Shown in pieces: positions 62,759-64,000 of a stretch of DNA of 64,000 bases (position 1 is the stretch's first letter; each line of letters opens with the position of its first letter). Both the position numbers and the translations under genes were made by a program. The notes below the pieces were generated by a model, which saw nothing but the letters and a program-made list of their open reading frames with translations, ran no database searches and was not told the origin of the DNA. This DNA comes from Felis catus (lineage: Eukaryota): positions 139,996,001-140,060,000 of the forward strand of contig NC_058374.1 in the NCBI RefSeq assembly GCF_018350175.1. Direction: 5' to 3'.

Positions 62759-64000
62759 GTACATGCATCCATCTACCCACTTATCCTCTGTACATTCAGA
62801 ACATGCTATTTGAGGGTCTACAATGTATGCTACACAGTTAGAGTAATTGGGGCTCTAGTAGTGAAAAAAATTATTTCCCTCTACGAGGAAAGACAGGTAA
62901 AAATAAACAAGCACTTGTGTAATATGTTAAAGGTATCCAGACTGTGAAGAAAACTAAGCACTGGTAGGAACCAGAAAGTGATGAGGTAACTCCCCCTTTT
63001 GATCAGCCATTCCCAATGGAAACCCCTCTTCACTGAAAGTCTTCCTTATCGGAACCTCAATCGACATCCTCTAGCTTTTGCCCCTTGGTGCTAACTTTGC
63101 TCTCTGAGATGCTCCTCTCCCCCATGCCAGGTATCCCGGAGTCCGATCAGGTCCTCGATGAGCCTTCTCTGACCTGCATGAGGTTCACGGCCTCTGCTTT
63201 TCCTGACGGCTCACCACTCACTCGGTGTTCAGTCCGCGTTCACTGTATACTTCCTGGGACCAGACTCTGTGTGAAGTGCTCACTGTACGAAGCTGAGTGA
63301 GACCAAGAACTAGATTTTGAGTTGTTCGGACTCTCAGCAGGGGGAAAAAGATCTTCAACGTAACGTACAATGAAGGCATGTAGGCATGCTCTGCCCAAGA
63401 CCACGGGCATTGCAGCAGCCTCCCACTGGCCTCCCTGACTTCAGTTGGGCCCTCCCGAACCGTCCTGTCCAGTGGAGGGTCCACGAGGTTCTTTGCAGAA
63501 CATGAGCCAACAGGCAAGAGCACATCAACGGTGTTTTTGTGGGGGCAGCGGGGGAGAGCAGCAAGTAAGTAAGTAAACTATGGCAAATCCACTTGATGGG
63601 CCATTATTCAGCATTTAAAATCACTGTGAAAAGTTCTGTGTCATAAAACAAAAGTGCTTTTCACCTGACGCTGAATGCAAACGTAAGTTCCCGAACTGAG
63701 TGTGAGTGTGAGTGGCTGCGTGAGGCGCGCATCTGCTTGTGGAAGGAACTGGGGGTCCTTTATGCTGGACGCCAGCAAGTGAGACCAAGTCCAGAGGGCA
63801 GGGGGCCCATGCCCACGTTCAGGGGCCAGGAGCAGCCTCACACAGTCAGCATCTTGAAGACGCTGAGGAAACCTGGGCACGGAGTGGCTTCTTGAGCCGG
63901 AGCAGAGCTCACGTTTTCCTCAAAGATAACCCAATTGGTCAGAGCACATGGGGACCGGCCGCCATTTGCAAACTCACCAGGTAACGGCTGGGGCTGGGCT

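Noticed and set aside
62192-62841. ORFs spanning X runs
   Set aside because: Artefacts of the 411-N assembly gap.

Overview
This is GC-rich mammalian genomic DNA from a felid, judged by many tRNA-derived Can-SINE/SINEC_Fc copies, several with target-site duplications (TSDs). It also carries old L1, L2, MIR, MLT1 and hAT (MER20, MER58A, MER94-like) fossils, several mini- and microsatellites, and one 411-bp assembly gap. I recognise no intact known protein-coding gene; most ORFs in the track are GC-content or repeat artefacts. The main discovery is a heavily decayed, spliced gene on the minus strand spanning about 13.7-52.9 kb. Its fragments, read across frameshifts and stops, follow the ZU5-ZU5-UPA-death domain order and resemble DTHD1 motif by motif, though very divergently. 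This suggests an ancient DTHD1 paralogue surviving as a unitary pseudogene with three recognisable exons. The comparison used my recollection of the DTHD1 sequence and needs a real alignment. A second candidate is a 1502-nt fully open plus-strand exon in a CpG island (43898-45399) with canonical splice sites, followed by a 38-nt exon and a perfect RFX X-box. A CDX/posterior-HOX motif cluster lies near 6.2-6.5 kb.
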